Shown here piece after piece: positions 1-11,000 of a stretch of DNA of 64,000 bases. The stretch is from positions 92,984 to 156,983 of the IMG/VR virus record IMGVR_UViG_3300021478_000015; one strand, 5' to 3'. Below the pieces are notes generated by a model that worked only from the letters and a program-made list of their open reading frames with translations, was not told the origin of the DNA and searched no databases. The DNA is from a virus. Numbering within the stretch: position 1 is the stretch's first letter; each line of letters begins with the position of its first letter. The position numbers and the translations under genes were made by a program.

Positions 1-29
1 TCATGTGATCAAGACCTGGGCGGACAGCC

Positions 30-224
30 ATGACCTCTGAGCAGATCGTTGACGCCATCATCTCCGACCTGGCCGGTCGCAGTGCGATCGGCAAGGCCTG
101 GGAGCAGATCGATGCTGACATCCAGGCTGAGATCCGCGCTATCTGGCTCGGTTATATCGAGGACAAGAGCGAGGTCTTCTTTGGCTCGCAGGGAGATGAC
201 CCCCATGGCATCGACCCGCCATGA
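30..224 (+). CDS. hypothetical phage protein
   Basis: 64-aa ORF; its stop overlaps the next ATG (ATGA), as in a coupled phage operon. Confidence 0.6.
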   Translation: MTSEQIVDAIISDLAGRSAIGKAWEQIDADIQAEIRAIWLGYIEDKSEVFFGSQGDDPHGIDPP

Positions 225-625
225 GTAGCGCCCCCTGCTCGACCTGCCCTTGGCGCAAGTCCTCGACCCTGGGTGGCTACGACATACCGGGCTTCGGCCT
301 GGATCTCATGAGAGGCCTCTCCTGCACCGTCTCCGCCCGTGGGATCCGCACCGATGAGTTCCGGCCCACTATGGCCTGCCACGGCTCCTCAGAGGACCAC
401 AACCAGATCTGCCGGGGCTACGCCTATGTCGAGGGCTGGTCCAACCTCAGCTTCCGGCTGATGGCCATGCGGGGAGAGATCGTCCTGGACGAGCTTGACC
501 GGGCCTGCGGGGGGCTCGACCTGTGGGACAACTTCTGGGAGATGCTAGACGCCTACGAGGAAGTGAGGAGGAATGATAACTCCACAGGATTTTCATCTTC
601 AAGATCTGTTGGTCCTGTCTGTTGA
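221..625 (+). CDS. Cys-rich phage protein, DUF6283-like
   Basis: PCxxCPWR...ACH...CxG...N..R pattern recalled from DUF6283-type proteins. Confidence 0.55.
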   Translation: MSSAPCSTCPWRKSSTLGGYDIPGFGLDLMRGLSCTVSARGIRTDEFRPTMACHGSSEDHNQICRGYAYVEGWSNLSFRLMAMRGEIVLDELDRACGGLDLWDNFWEMLDAYEEVRRNDNSTGFSSSRSVGPVC

Positions 626-899
626 TGATTTTGGTGATTTAGCCATCCATCACCTGGATGCACTTAGAGAGCTTTTCCCATTAGATGTAGATGTGGCAGA
701 GCCTCAGGAGTTCATAATAAAGGCGGAGGACTTTGACATTGATAAGATTGATATCATCTTTCTAAAGTCTTTTCGTGAGTACATGCAATCTGGTTCTGAT
801 CCACAGGCCAAAGCCATTATTGAGCACCTTCTCAAGTGTGTAGCTAATGTTCACGAAACAAGTTCGGGTGGTAGTTTTGATTACAGGCTCAATGACTGA
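573..899 (+). CDS. hypothetical protein (low GC)
   Basis: 108-aa ORF with GAGGAGG RBS just upstream; visibly AT-richer than its neighbours. Confidence 0.55.
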   Translation: MITPQDFHLQDLLVLSVDDFGDLAIHHLDALRELFPLDVDVAEPQEFIIKAEDFDIDKIDIIFLKSFREYMQSGSDPQAKAIIEHLLKCVANVHETSSGGSFDYRLND

Positions 900-1068
900 C
901 GCCACCATCATCGAGCGCATCAAGGAACTGGGCATTGATGCCACCCGGCTGAAGGCTTGTATGGACTCAAAGGATCATTGGGGCGACATGATCCACGCCT
1001 TCGAATACCTCACGGTATGTGGGGTGGTTTGTGATGCCATGCTGGCTGCCGAAGCAGAAAGGAAGTGA
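892..1068 (+). CDS. hypothetical protein
   Basis: ATG at 892 overlaps the end of the previous gene. Confidence 0.5.
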   Translation: MTDATIIERIKELGIDATRLKACMDSKDHWGDMIHAFEYLTVCGVVCDAMLAAEAERK

Positions 1069-1075
1069 ACAGGAC

Positions 1076-1252
1076 ATGAATCTGATCATCGATCATCAAT
1101 GGAAGGTCATTGGTAAGCCATGGCTACATCGTAAGGAGAGGAATGGAGTCATCCATTATTCGGCTCTTGATCTCTTTACTGGACGTAGGACCAGGCGTAT
1201 TCAAAGGCCAGGGTACGAGAACTATGATCGGCTCCTGGAGTTGATGGGATGA
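1076..1252 (+). CDS. hypothetical protein
   Basis: ATG at 1076 after AGGA; stop overlaps the next start. Confidence 0.5.
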   Translation: MNLIIDHQWKVIGKPWLHRKERNGVIHYSALDLFTGRRTRRIQRPGYENYDRLLELMG

Positions 1253-1509
1253 CCTATCAGACGCATCCGGCTGAACGCCGGGATGACAGCGGCAACATCA
1301 TCCCCATGGATCACCGCTATCTCCACCTGGCGGAGGCCCGTGGCAAGGCCCATCGTCTCAGCCCTGAGCAGCTAGCCGTGGAGCTTGACACGATGGGCGA
1401 TGCCATCGAGGCCAACGTCATCCTGACCCGCAAGTGGCACCAGGCCATAGTCGAGGAAGCCGCCCAGCGCCTGCGGGGCGTGGACGGCTCCCTCAAAGGT
1501 CAGGCTTAG
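1249..1509 (+). CDS. hypothetical protein
   Basis: ATGA overlap; GC3-rich codons. Confidence 0.6.
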   Translation: MTYQTHPAERRDDSGNIIPMDHRYLHLAEARGKAHRLSPEQLAVELDTMGDAIEANVILTRKWHQAIVEEAAQRLRGVDGSLKGQA

Positions 1510-1820
1510 GGAGCGGGTGGCGTCTCTGGGGTGGTCAGCCCCTGGACGCTGTCGGTGGCGTTGGTGAGATCAGCGATGGCCTGATCGAGTTCACTCCAGT
1601 CCATGTCGGGGTTTTGGGCCTTGGCCGCGTCCATGGCGGTCTTGACGGCCGCGACGGCTGTGTTCAGGTCCACGATCTCGGCCTGGATCGCGGACACTCG
1701 CCTATCGAGGTTCTCCTGGTTGGACATGAGCCTTGCCACCTGCCTTTCTAGTAAGCGAACTCTCTCCCATATATTCCACCGCTCCCACCGTGTCCACATC
1801 CACGCCCACACCGTGGTCAC
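1506..1820 (-). CDS. small coiled-coil protein
   Basis: heptad-like C-terminal part (LDRRVSAIQAEIVDLNTAVAAVKTAM); start uncertain (1820 or 1727). Confidence 0.6.
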   Translation of the reverse strand: MTTVWAWMWTRWERWNIWERVRLLERQVARLMSNQENLDRRVSAIQAEIVDLNTAVAAVKTAMDAAKAQNPDMDWSELDQAIADLTNATDSVQGLTTPETPPAP

Positions 1821-1951
1821 CTTAGGCGCGGCGGCGAGAAGTTCCCGGCTTCCAGCCTCGGGCGGAGAGATTGAGGACTAGATGGGTGCCGGGTTGCCCC
1901 TCGCCGCCAAATCAATCTTGACACTCCGGACACCAAGCCTCCTTCCTCCGT

Positions 1952-2185
1952 ATGGGAGGAGATGTGAAGGCCAAGTTGGTAACCCGCGCCGAGCTAGCCG
2001 CCCTGGTGGGGCCAGGCCATGCCACCGGGGTGGTCCGCAACGGTTGCTCGCCGGAGGACTGGCGAGTGTGGACCAAGCACGTCGAAGAGCAGGGTCAGCC
2101 CACCCAGCCGAACCGGGCCGGGCGGCGGGCGACCAAGCGCCTCAAGCAGAAGGCCTTGACCAAGAAGCGCATTAGGAGCGCTTGA
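1952..2185 (+). CDS. hypothetical basic protein
   Basis: 77-aa ORF filling the gap; ends in an NRAGRRA..K-rich tail. Confidence 0.45.
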   Translation: MGGDVKAKLVTRAELAALVGPGHATGVVRNGCSPEDWRVWTKHVEEQGQPTQPNRAGRRATKRLKQKALTKKRIRSA

Positions 2186-3278
2186 ACCGGCGGGTCAGCA
2201 GCACGATCACCCCACCGGCCATGACCAGCAGCAGGCCCGAGCCCAGGCCCAGGCGGGTGTTGGAGCCGGTGAACGGCAGGGTGCCAGAAGCTGACGCCGG
2301 GGTGACCAGAGCGGGAACAGCGGTCTCCGGGGTGATGGTCTGGACCGCAGGGGTGCCGGGGCCGCCAGGAGTGGTCTGACCCGGCGGGAGCGTGGTGCCC
2401 GAAGGGGCAACGGTGGTGCCCGTGGGGGCAATCGTGGTCGTTGCACTGGGCAGCGTTGTGCCGGTTGGTGCAGTGGTGGTGGCTCCCGGAGCCGTGGTGG
2501 TGGTCACCGCGAACTGGGTGGTGAAGTTGATCACGCACAGGGCGTCCTCACCCTGATCCAGAGTGGTGGAGGCCGGGGTGAAAGAAGCGCTGCCGACACA
2601 GGACCAGCCCGAGTTGGTGTACCCCTCCGACTGGGCCAGAGGAGACAAGGTGTCGAAGAGCCCATAGGTGCCGGGTGGCACCACCGCGAAGGTCACACCA
2701 GGGCTATCGGTGATGCCCGAGAGGCTGACCGGCCCAGAGGCATCCAGAGTGAAGTCAGCCAGGGTGGCCGTACCGCCGTTCACCGTCGCCGCCAGGGTCA
2801 GGATGGTCAGGTTGGGCTGCTCGGTGGTGGTCGTTTCACCAGGCTGCGTGGTAGTGGTCTCGGCCGGTTGGGTGGTGGTCGTTTGCTCCGGCTGAGTAGT
2901 GGTGGTCTCCATGGGTTGCGTAGTGGTGGTCTGTTCCGGCTGAGTAGTAGTGGTTTGCTCTGGTTGGGTGGTGGTCGTTTCGTGTGGCTGAGTGGTGGTG
3001 GTCATCTCAGGCTTGGTGGTGGTGGTCTGGTGCGGCTGCGTGGTGGTCGTTTCCTGCGGTTTGGTCGTTGTCGTTTGATGCGGGTAGGTGGTGGTCGTTT
3101 CGTGTGGTGGCTTGGTGGTGGTGGTCGGATACGTCACCTTGGTGGTGGTGGTGCCGCAGTTGTAGCCACACCCGCCTGGAGGGGCTTGTCCGGCCGAGGC
3201 CGTGCTCGGCTGGAACAACAGGACCACTCCGAGGAGCCCAGCCAGCACGGTGACGACCTGGACAGCGTATTTCCTCAT
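2172..3278 (-). CDS. sortase-anchored (LPXTG) Thr-rich surface protein
   Basis: N-terminal signal peptide (ASA), Thr-rich repeats, prealbumin/SpaA-like beta domain with WSC...ALC pair, then LPFTG + hydrophobic TM + RRFKRS tail. Confidence 0.85.
   Translation of the reverse strand: MRKYAVQVVTVLAGLLGVVLLFQPSTASAGQAPPGGCGYNCGTTTTKVTYPTTTTKPPHETTTTYPHQTTTTKPQETTTTQPHQTTTTKPEMTTTTQPHETTTTQPEQTTTTQPEQTTTTQPMETTTTQPEQTTTTQPAETTTTQPGETTTTEQPNLTILTLAATVNGGTATLADFTLDASGPVSLSGITDSPGVTFAVVPPGTYGLFDTLSPLAQSEGYTNSGWSCVGSASFTPASTTLDQGEDALCVINFTTQFAVTTTTAPGATTTAPTGTTLPSATTTIAPTGTTVAPSGTTLPPGQTTPGGPGTPAVQTITPETAVPALVTPASASGTLPFTGSNTRLGLGSGLLLVMAGGVIVLLTRRFKRS
2822..3152 (-). repeat. coding tandem repeat, about 24-nt unit (TTTT[QK]P[EH][QE])
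   Basis: about 12 imperfect 8-aa units visible in the translation. Confidence 0.85.
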
Positions 3279-3347
3279 GGTGTTCCTTTCAGCCTCGATG
3301 CCCTTATTGAGGCGCTGTTATCTTGGCTCTGGTGCTGGACATTAGCA

Positions 3348-3542
3348 ATGGTCAATAATCCCGAGAGACTGCCGGACTTCGAGGCTGGTCCCTGCCCAGC
3401 CTTAGAACGCTGCGTCGATCCTGAGACCTGCGTCGAGCCTCTACGCTGCATGATAGATCGGGCCACGGCGGCCATCGGCAACCCCCGCTTCATGATGATC
3501 GACACCAAGTTCTACTATGTTTATCCCGTTCAGGAGAAATAG
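3348..3542 (+). CDS. small Cys-containing hypothetical protein
   Basis: ATG at 3348 in the 3' part of ORF 2868..3542. Confidence 0.35.
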   Translation: MVNNPERLPDFEAGPCPALERCVDPETCVEPLRCMIDRATAAIGNPRFMMIDTKFYYVYPVQEK

Positions 3543-3549
3543 AAACAGG

Positions 3550-3744
3550 ATGACCCGTTGGATCATCGAAGTCTCCCATGATGGGGCCATCGATATCATG
3601 CGGAATGGCAAGGCCTTCGCTTATGACCTCGATGACTACGACGAGGCCTTTGCTCGTATCAAGAAGGACAAGCGCTATCAGAAGGGGGATAGAGTGGAGA
3701 TGGTTGATCCGGATGGATACCGGCGTAAGATCACGTCCCTGTGA
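3550..3744 (+). CDS. hypothetical protein
   Basis: ATG at 3550; stop overlaps the next GTG. Confidence 0.6.
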   Translation: MTRWIIEVSHDGAIDIMRNGKAFAYDLDDYDEAFARIKKDKRYQKGDRVEMVDPDGYRRKITSL

Positions 3745-4589
3745 AGTGGGCCTCGATAAAGCGTCCGATCATTGCCGCCGGGATTGTCGGATGCTTGATC
3801 GGCATCACCTTGCTGAGCCTGGACGTGACCAAGTCCACAGCCGCTCCCCAGTCGCACGCTGACCCGCTGCTGACCCTGGCCAAGGAGGTCATCAACCTGG
3901 AGGGTGGCACCGCCGTGGCCGCCGACTTCACCTTGATGGCCATCGGCCCGGTCACCGTCTCCGGCCCGGCCAACACCGCCGCGGTCCGTAATCAGCCGGT
4001 GCCGATCGGGACCTACCAGCTACGGGAGTCCGGCCCGGCCAACTACGTCCCCTCGATCTGGGAGTGCCTGGGCAGCTTCGTGTCGTCCACCAGCAACTCG
4101 GTGACCCTGGCCGAGGGCGACAACGCCACCTGCCTGATCACCAACACCTTCCGTCCTCCCACCACCACCACGACCACCACCACCGTGCCGGGCACCACCA
4201 CCACCACGGTGCCGGGGGCGACGACGACCACCACACCGGGTGAGACGACCACCACGGTGCCTCGGTCCACCACTACCGCTGTCCCGGCCACCACCGTGCC
4301 TGAGACTACGGTGCCGGGCGCGCCCACCACTACGCTGCCACCCGAGTTCACCGTGCCGACCGTGCCGGGTCAGACCACCACCACCGTGGCCGTCCCTCCT
4401 TTGCTGCCTCCTGCACCGGGGCCAGGCGCGCCTGCGGCCGCCGGGATCCCCCCGGCTACCCTTCCCCTGGCCTCCACCGGCAGCGATACTGGCCAGTACG
4501 CCGGGATCGGGGTCCTGGCCCTGTTGGCCGGACTGGGCTTGGTGGTCCTCGCCCGCGGCAGGAAGAAGAAGGTGGATGACCACGGCTGA
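3741..4589 (+). CDS. sortase-anchored (LAXTG-type) surface protein with prealbumin-like domain
   Basis: N-terminal TM/signal; LTLAKEVIN..DFTL..GTYQLRE..WEC..ATCLITN domain; Thr/Pro stalk; LPLASTG + TM + RGRKKK. Confidence 0.85.
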   Translation: MKWASIKRPIIAAGIVGCLIGITLLSLDVTKSTAAPQSHADPLLTLAKEVINLEGGTAVAADFTLMAIGPVTVSGPANTAAVRNQPVPIGTYQLRESGPANYVPSIWECLGSFVSSTSNSVTLAEGDNATCLITNTFRPPTTTTTTTTVPGTTTTTVPGATTTTTPGETTTTVPRSTTTAVPATTVPETTVPGAPTTTLPPEFTVPTVPGQTTTTVAVPPLLPPAPGPGAPAAAGIPPATLPLASTGSDTGQYAGIGVLALLAGLGLVVLARGRKKKVDDHG

Positions 4590-4785
4590 GATCCCAGACG
4601 GCTTCGAGGAGTGGCTGCACACCGGCATCGAAGCGGGTTACTGCTCCGAGGTGGTGTGCAACACCCATGATGGGCTGCCTTCGTCCGCAGCCGAGGACGC
4701 CGAGTGGGAGGCCGGGGGTGATCCCTGCGTCCCGGCGGTACGGCTGTTCTGGTCCATGGAGACGGGTCAGCGCACCGATGGCTGA
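4576..4785 (+). CDS. small phage protein with C/H motif
   Basis: FEEWL..GIEAGYCSEVVCNTHDGLP...DPCVP pattern. Confidence 0.65.
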   Translation: MTTAEIPDGFEEWLHTGIEAGYCSEVVCNTHDGLPSSAAEDAEWEAGGDPCVPAVRLFWSMETGQRTDG

Positions 4786-5011
4786 CCGGCCCGGCGAGGA
4801 CGAGCTATTGCAGAAGGTGGTGAAGGAGGCCGCCTTGAGGTCCGACACCGACCCCCAGGTCCATGCCGAGATCGAGATGGTCCACCAGATGATGGTCAAG
4901 ATGGTGAACGAGTTCGGGTGGATCGATGACGACGGCCACCCCCTGATCTACACCGCCGCCGCCCTGGCCATCACCCTGCACGATCCTATGGATGGCCACC
5001 CCTTCTTCTGA
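4778..5011 (+). CDS. hypothetical protein
   Basis: ATG at 4778 overlaps the previous gene; GC3-rich. Confidence 0.6.
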   Translation: MADRPGEDELLQKVVKEAALRSDTDPQVHAEIEMVHQMMVKMVNEFGWIDDDGHPLIYTAAALAITLHDPMDGHPFF

Positions 5012-5047
5012 CCTGTCCCTGGTCGAGCCAGACCCCCGAAGGTGTGA
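5012..5047 (+). promoter_or_regulatory. late-promoter-like motif copy 1
   Basis: CCTGTC-N11-CAG-N5-CGAAG-N3-TGA immediately before ATG 5048. Confidence 0.8.
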
Positions 5048-8000
5048 ATGAAGCACTACGCCGCCCTGGAGATCATCAGCGCTGAGTACGGCGATCAGCA
5101 CTCCCTCCGTCACCTGGCCCATCGGGCGGACTTCACCTACGCGCCACGTCCCGGCTACCTGTACGTCCGCTCCAGGGCCATCAGTTCACGCACGAATGAC
5201 AACTTCGATGACTTCCCGGCCGAGGAGATAGAGAAGGGCTACCGGTCGTTCATCGGGAAGCCAGTGTTCGTTAACCATGTCAACGAGGATCACAAGCGTG
5301 CTCGGGGTGTGGTCATCGATGCCGCCCTGCATCATGATGTGAATCCCAATGGTTCGCCGGATACATGGTGTGAAGTATTGATGGAAGTAGACGCACTACG
5401 CTTTCCGAAGTTGGCTCAAGCGATCGTCCAAGGTCATATCGATCGTACTTCCATGGGTGTTGACGTGGAGTACTCGATCTGTAGTGCCTGTGGTAATAAG
5501 GCCACGAACCCGGCGGAGTATTGTCGTCATATTCCGCAGATGAAGGGCTCGAAGATCGTCCGGCGGAATGCCGCCACCAACCGGCCAGAAGAGACTCTCA
5601 TCTTTGAGACCTGCTATGGGCTGAGCTTCTTCGAGAACTCGTTACTGGTCGAGGATCCCGCCGATCCCACGGCCTACTTCCTGGGCGTGGACGATCGTGG
5701 CCTCAGGATGGCCCAGAAGACCGCACATAGGAAGCTATGTCGGCAATGTCTCACTTCGTCATCATGTGCCGCGTACGGATGTGGGCGTAGCTCAGAGGGC
5801 CTGGGAGCTTTCGTGGCCAGCACACCGGGCAACTTCGACAAGATCCCTCAGCACCACTGGGATTACCTGTCCGATCTGGTGGACCGAGTGGGCCAGCGCG
5901 AGAAGACCCCCAAGGTGTGCTGGCAGGTGTTCTCGGCCATCGATCACAAGCTGGGCTACCCCCAGGAGTCCGGCTACTACCGGGGTGAGGGCCACTACTG
6001 GAATCGCCTGCCGGACGGCTCCATCCTCGATGCCAGCCATGATCAGTTCGAGGAGGACGACGACCCGGTGCGGATCTTCGCCCCTGGTGATCCCGAGCAC
6101 GGCCATTTTAAGACGGCTGTGCGCCACCAGGAGGGCCTGGGAGCCTTCGTGGCGGCCCATGACCTGGACGAGGCTGTGACCTCCTTCAAGCCCTATGCCG
6201 AAGAGCAAGGTTGGCATGATCCGACTTGCGTAGGTGGGCAATGCGACGTGGCCTCGACGGAGTTCGCCCAGCACCTCCATGAGCACGGCATCCCCCATGA
6301 GGTGGTGACCCACTATCCCGAGCCGGGTGGCCCCATGAGCCACAGCGTGGTCGAGGTCGGGGACCACACAGTGGACTGGACGGCTCGCCAGTTTGACCCC
6401 AAGGCGGACTTTCCTCACATCGAGCCCCATCACGTCACCCGCAGTCGCTGGCACCGCACCGAGCCCTACTACGGTGAGATCGAGTATGGCAAGGATTACC
6501 GAGAGGCGTCCTTAGCGGGTGATAAGTCCTGGATCAAAGAGGAGCATGACTACGAGGGTCGTCATGGGGAGCGCCGTCACATCACCCGCACCATGACGGG
6601 AGCATTGCCCACCCATCTGGTCCAGCACTTGATGGGTGTCAAGGGCGAGATACCCGGTGAGCATCGTAATAAGCAAGGTCAGCAATGGGAGGACTTCAAG
6701 TCCGACATCGCTCAGAACGGCATCAAGAACCCCATCTTTATCACCCAGGATCCGGGGGAGCGACCCAAGATCTCCGAGGGCAATCACCGCCGGGACGCGG
6801 CGGTGGAGCTTGGCCATCCCTACGTGCCGGTGGAGATGCGCTACTTCGGTCACGCCGAGCAGGATCCCGACAACCTGGAGGACAAGGCCCAGGCCCACTT
6901 CGATCGGGAGAACCAGATCCGCAGCTTGGGTACTCGCAGGCTCGCCCGTTACGAGCCCGAGCCCGACGCTCCCGAGGAGGGTGAGTACGAGAAGGAGCCC
7001 GATCCTTCGGGTTTCTTCCCCAACGGCATCGCCACCCGTTGGCGACAAGCGCATAAGCCGCTGGTGGCGGACGCCTTGCACGCCTGGAAGGGCGACCCCG
7101 TCAACGCTCTGACTCACTGGCACCACGAACTCAACGACGATCCCCAGCCTGACTCGGGCTCGGGCAAGCAGATGCGAGCCCAGTCCGGGGCTCTGCGCTG
7201 GGAACTTCAAAATAACTCCAAGACGTTCGGACGCAAGCTCTATCGAGGAGTGCCCACCGCCCAGGACCGCCTGCCCAAGGTGGGCGACATCATCGACCAT
7301 GACGACCGGCCGCGGGGCTACTCTTCCAACCGGGCCACGGCTTGGGCCTTCGCCCGCAAGTCGGGCTCCGACCACCTGCGCCGTCCCCTGGTCCCGGTCA
7401 CCTACCAGACCGCGCCGGGCACCCAAGGCCTGCGGATCAAGGACTACGGCACCGGCAGCGGTCTTGATCAGTCCGAGCAGGAGTACGTCCTCCATGGCCA
7501 GCATCAGGTCACCCACGTCGAGTCCACCGACAAGGGCCTCCATGTGCGGACCCGACCGTTACAGAGCTACACGGCCGGGCTCAGAGGCTTTGTGGCCGCA
7601 CGGGGCGATGACCCTGGCCTGGATGAGGCCCTGGACCAGTTGGGAGAGATCCTCTCCCGCCCTTCCCATGCTCCTCCCCCGAAGATCCTGCCCGAGGCCC
7701 ATGAGATGTACGGCGGCTACATCCATGAGCACCCTTCCGGTCACCTGCACGTCTCTGAGGCCCCTGGAGCGCTGTCTAAGCCCCTGGAGAAGCTCTACCG
7801 CATCGTTCACCCTAAGGAGTGGGAGGAGGCCCAGCAGAAGGGCTACCTGCAGTCCAACACGGCCTTCTCGCCGGGTTACACCAGGGCCTCGGCCCAGCCG
7901 GACGAACGCTGGCGGCGGCAATCGGCTGATCCCTCCGAGATTGCCCCCAAGGGCCACACCATAGAGATCGACTACCACCCCGATGACAACTGGCATGCCT

Positions 8001-11000
8001 CGGCCGAGGGCTACGCCGCCACCCGCTCGAAGATCCCGCTCAGCCGGGTCCGCAAGATGGCCAAGACCGAGGTCTCGGTGGCCGGGCTAGCAGTACTGGC
8101 CGCCGATACGGGCCGGGTGCTGATGCTGCAGCGCGCCAACCATGATGTCAAGGATCCGGCTGCGGGCACCTGGGAGTTCCCCGGTGGTCATCTCAACCCC
8201 GACGAAGCGCCAGTCGAGGGGGCTATACGGGAGTGGAAGGAAGAGCTTGGCTGCAAGCTGCCTGCCGGGCATGTCCAGGGCCATTGGATCTCGAAGAAGA
8301 TCTATCAAGGCTTCGTCTATGTCATCGAGCATGAGGACGAGGTTGACATAAACCACGATCATGAGAATCGCCAGGTCCTGAACCCCGATGATCCTGATGG
8401 GGATGAGATCGAGGTGGCGGCCTGGTTCGAGCCCAAGGACCTGCCCGACATGCCTGCCCTGCGCGACGAGGTCAAGAGCGGCACCGACTGGTCCAAGCTC
8501 AAGCTCAAGAAGACGGCCGGACTCGAAGCATTCCTGGCCGCCTACTACCATGTCAGCCCGCACTGGTTGCCATCAGGGACCAAGCTCACCCCCGGCGGGG
8601 GCCGTCGCAACTTCGGGGGCCGGGCCGACAGTGACGCCGTGTACATGGCTGGGTCAGAGGGCGAGGCCGAGCAGTGGGGCAACGCCATGGCCCAGGACGA
8701 GCCCACTGGCCATCTGCACATCTACGAGGTCCAGCCTCACGGCCCGGTCACCCACAGTCAGGGTCATGTGACCATGGACGACTTCCACGATGTGATCGGC
8801 CAGCACGCTGCCCCAGCGGCCACCATCGTCCGCCATCACTACTCCTACGATCCCGAGAGCGGGGAGGCCTTCTATCCCCATGAGGCCGGGCTTGGAGCCT
8901 TGGCGGCGGCCGAACCCACCTTCTACCACGGGACCAGCGACGATCTAGAGCCGGGTAGCCAGCTTTCGGTGGAGGAGGCCACTCGGCGGCAACCAGAGGT
9001 GGCCAAGGCCTTAGAGGATCGGGGTGGTCAGCACATCAGCTTCACCACCGACTACCAGCACGCCCAGATGTACGCCGGGGTCCGCGCCCAGACCCGCGGC
9101 GGGACGCCTCGGGTGTATCGGGTGCAACCAACCGGGGGCTACGAGCCCAACCCCGCCGACGAGAAGTGGCGGGAGGGCAAGCCGCCCATGTCCTTCAGGA
9201 CCAAGGAGCCGGTCACCGTCCTGGGGGAGGCCACGCCACCGAAGCGGCGACGGAAGCAGAGCGGACTGATGGCCTTTGTGGCTGTCAATGCTTCGGATGA
9301 GGTCCCGCCTGAGCCTGGTCTCTCGCCTATCCCTGAGGGCCACGTCCGGCTGTTCCACCAGACCGGCCCGAAGCACGTCGAGTCCATCCGTCAGAACGGG
9401 CTGACCATGGAGCATGCTCGGGCCACCGGAGGGCCGGTCGGGGTGTGGGCCAGCCACGGCACCCGCTTCTATCCCGGCCAGGACCACGCCACGGTGGAGT
9501 TCCACGTCCCCTACAAGGAGCTACAGGACACCGCCGGAGGCCAGTCGCCCCACCGCCATCAGCCCCAGGAGGACTGGGAGCAGTCCAACCACCACACCCT
9601 GGTCATCCCCCGCTCGATCAAGCCCCATGAGATCACCGCCATCCATGAGCCCTGGCACGATCGCTATCGGTACTTCCACAACGAGGGCATGACCGACGAG
9701 GTCAAGCAGGGTGGCTTCGACAACCTGAAGGACATCCCTGACTACGGCCGGGCCATCGACAAGATCAAGAGCGAGGCCAGCCTGCACCTGGCCATGAACA
9801 CCGAGGACGAGGTACCCCCTCGACTGGGCACCGCGCCCATCCCGGAGGGCCATGTGCGCCTCTATCACCACACTTGGTCCAAGAACGTGCCCAGCATCCG
9901 CGAGCACGGTCTCCTGGCCGAGATGGGAAAAGGTGACAGTGGCAAGGGCTACGGCAATGAGCTATCGGCCGGGGTATGGGCGGCTAGTCAGCATCCCGAG
10001 CCTGATCCCCAGAGCGACCGGCATGTGATCGAGTTCCACGCCCACCCCTCCGAGATCGATGTCAACGGGCCTTCTCCTGGCCAGGATGTCCATAAGTGGC
10101 AGCAAGGTGATCACAACGTCTTGATGCGGGGCTCGGTCAAGCCCGAGAACATCCTGGCTATCCATGCCCCCTGGCATACCGCTTATCATCAGATCAACGA
10201 TGATCCCCGCGACCGGGAGGATGTCAAGAACGGCAAGCTGGACTGGGTCCATAACGATCCCTCCATGCCGGGCGTGAGCAAGGCCGTTCACAAGATCCAG
10301 GCCGAGGGGGCGGCCCGGCCCAACATCGGCAAGGGCTGGTGGCTCACCCCCGAGGGCAAGAAGATCGGCGTGTACGACCACTATGAGACGACGCCTGGCA
10401 TGGCTCGTCAGATGATCCGCCCGCACATGGCGGAGAGTGGTCAGGTTAGGGTCCGTAGTTTCAACAATCAACTCAACGTGCAAACGGCCCGTCCCTTCAC
10501 CGATAAGCAGCGTCAGAGTTTGCTGATGGATGCGGACCGACATAGCCGCATGTTTGTGGACGTGCTCCACCCCGATACTGAGGAGTCCATCCACTCCGAG
10601 TCCGGGGGTCCCGAAGAAGCCGATCGCATGCTGGCCCGAGCCCATCGCGCTGCCATCCCCCATGAGGCCAAGAGGGCGGTGCAGGGTGCTCGAAAGGTCA
10701 CTCAGGTGCCCCTGCAACACATCCTCACTCACACCGAGCCCACCGACATGGCTAGCTACGGCCACACCTGGCCGGACGCCTTCCGCGACATCGAGGAGAA
10801 CCATGAGGACTTCGCCCCCAAGCATTGGGGCAAGTTCCTCGATCACGTCCAGGCTCACGGCATCCAGACTCCGGTGGTGATCCTGCATGACGGGGAGCGC
10901 CAGAAGCTGTTCTCCGGCCATCACCGGGTGTGGGCCGCCCACCGTTTGGGCCTCAGCCATGTCCCCGCCTATCACACCGACGATCCCTCCGAGGCCTATG

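Noticed and set aside
1918-1923. TTGACA -35 box upstream of ORF 1952
   Set aside because: No convincing -10 hexamer at 16-19 bp spacing.
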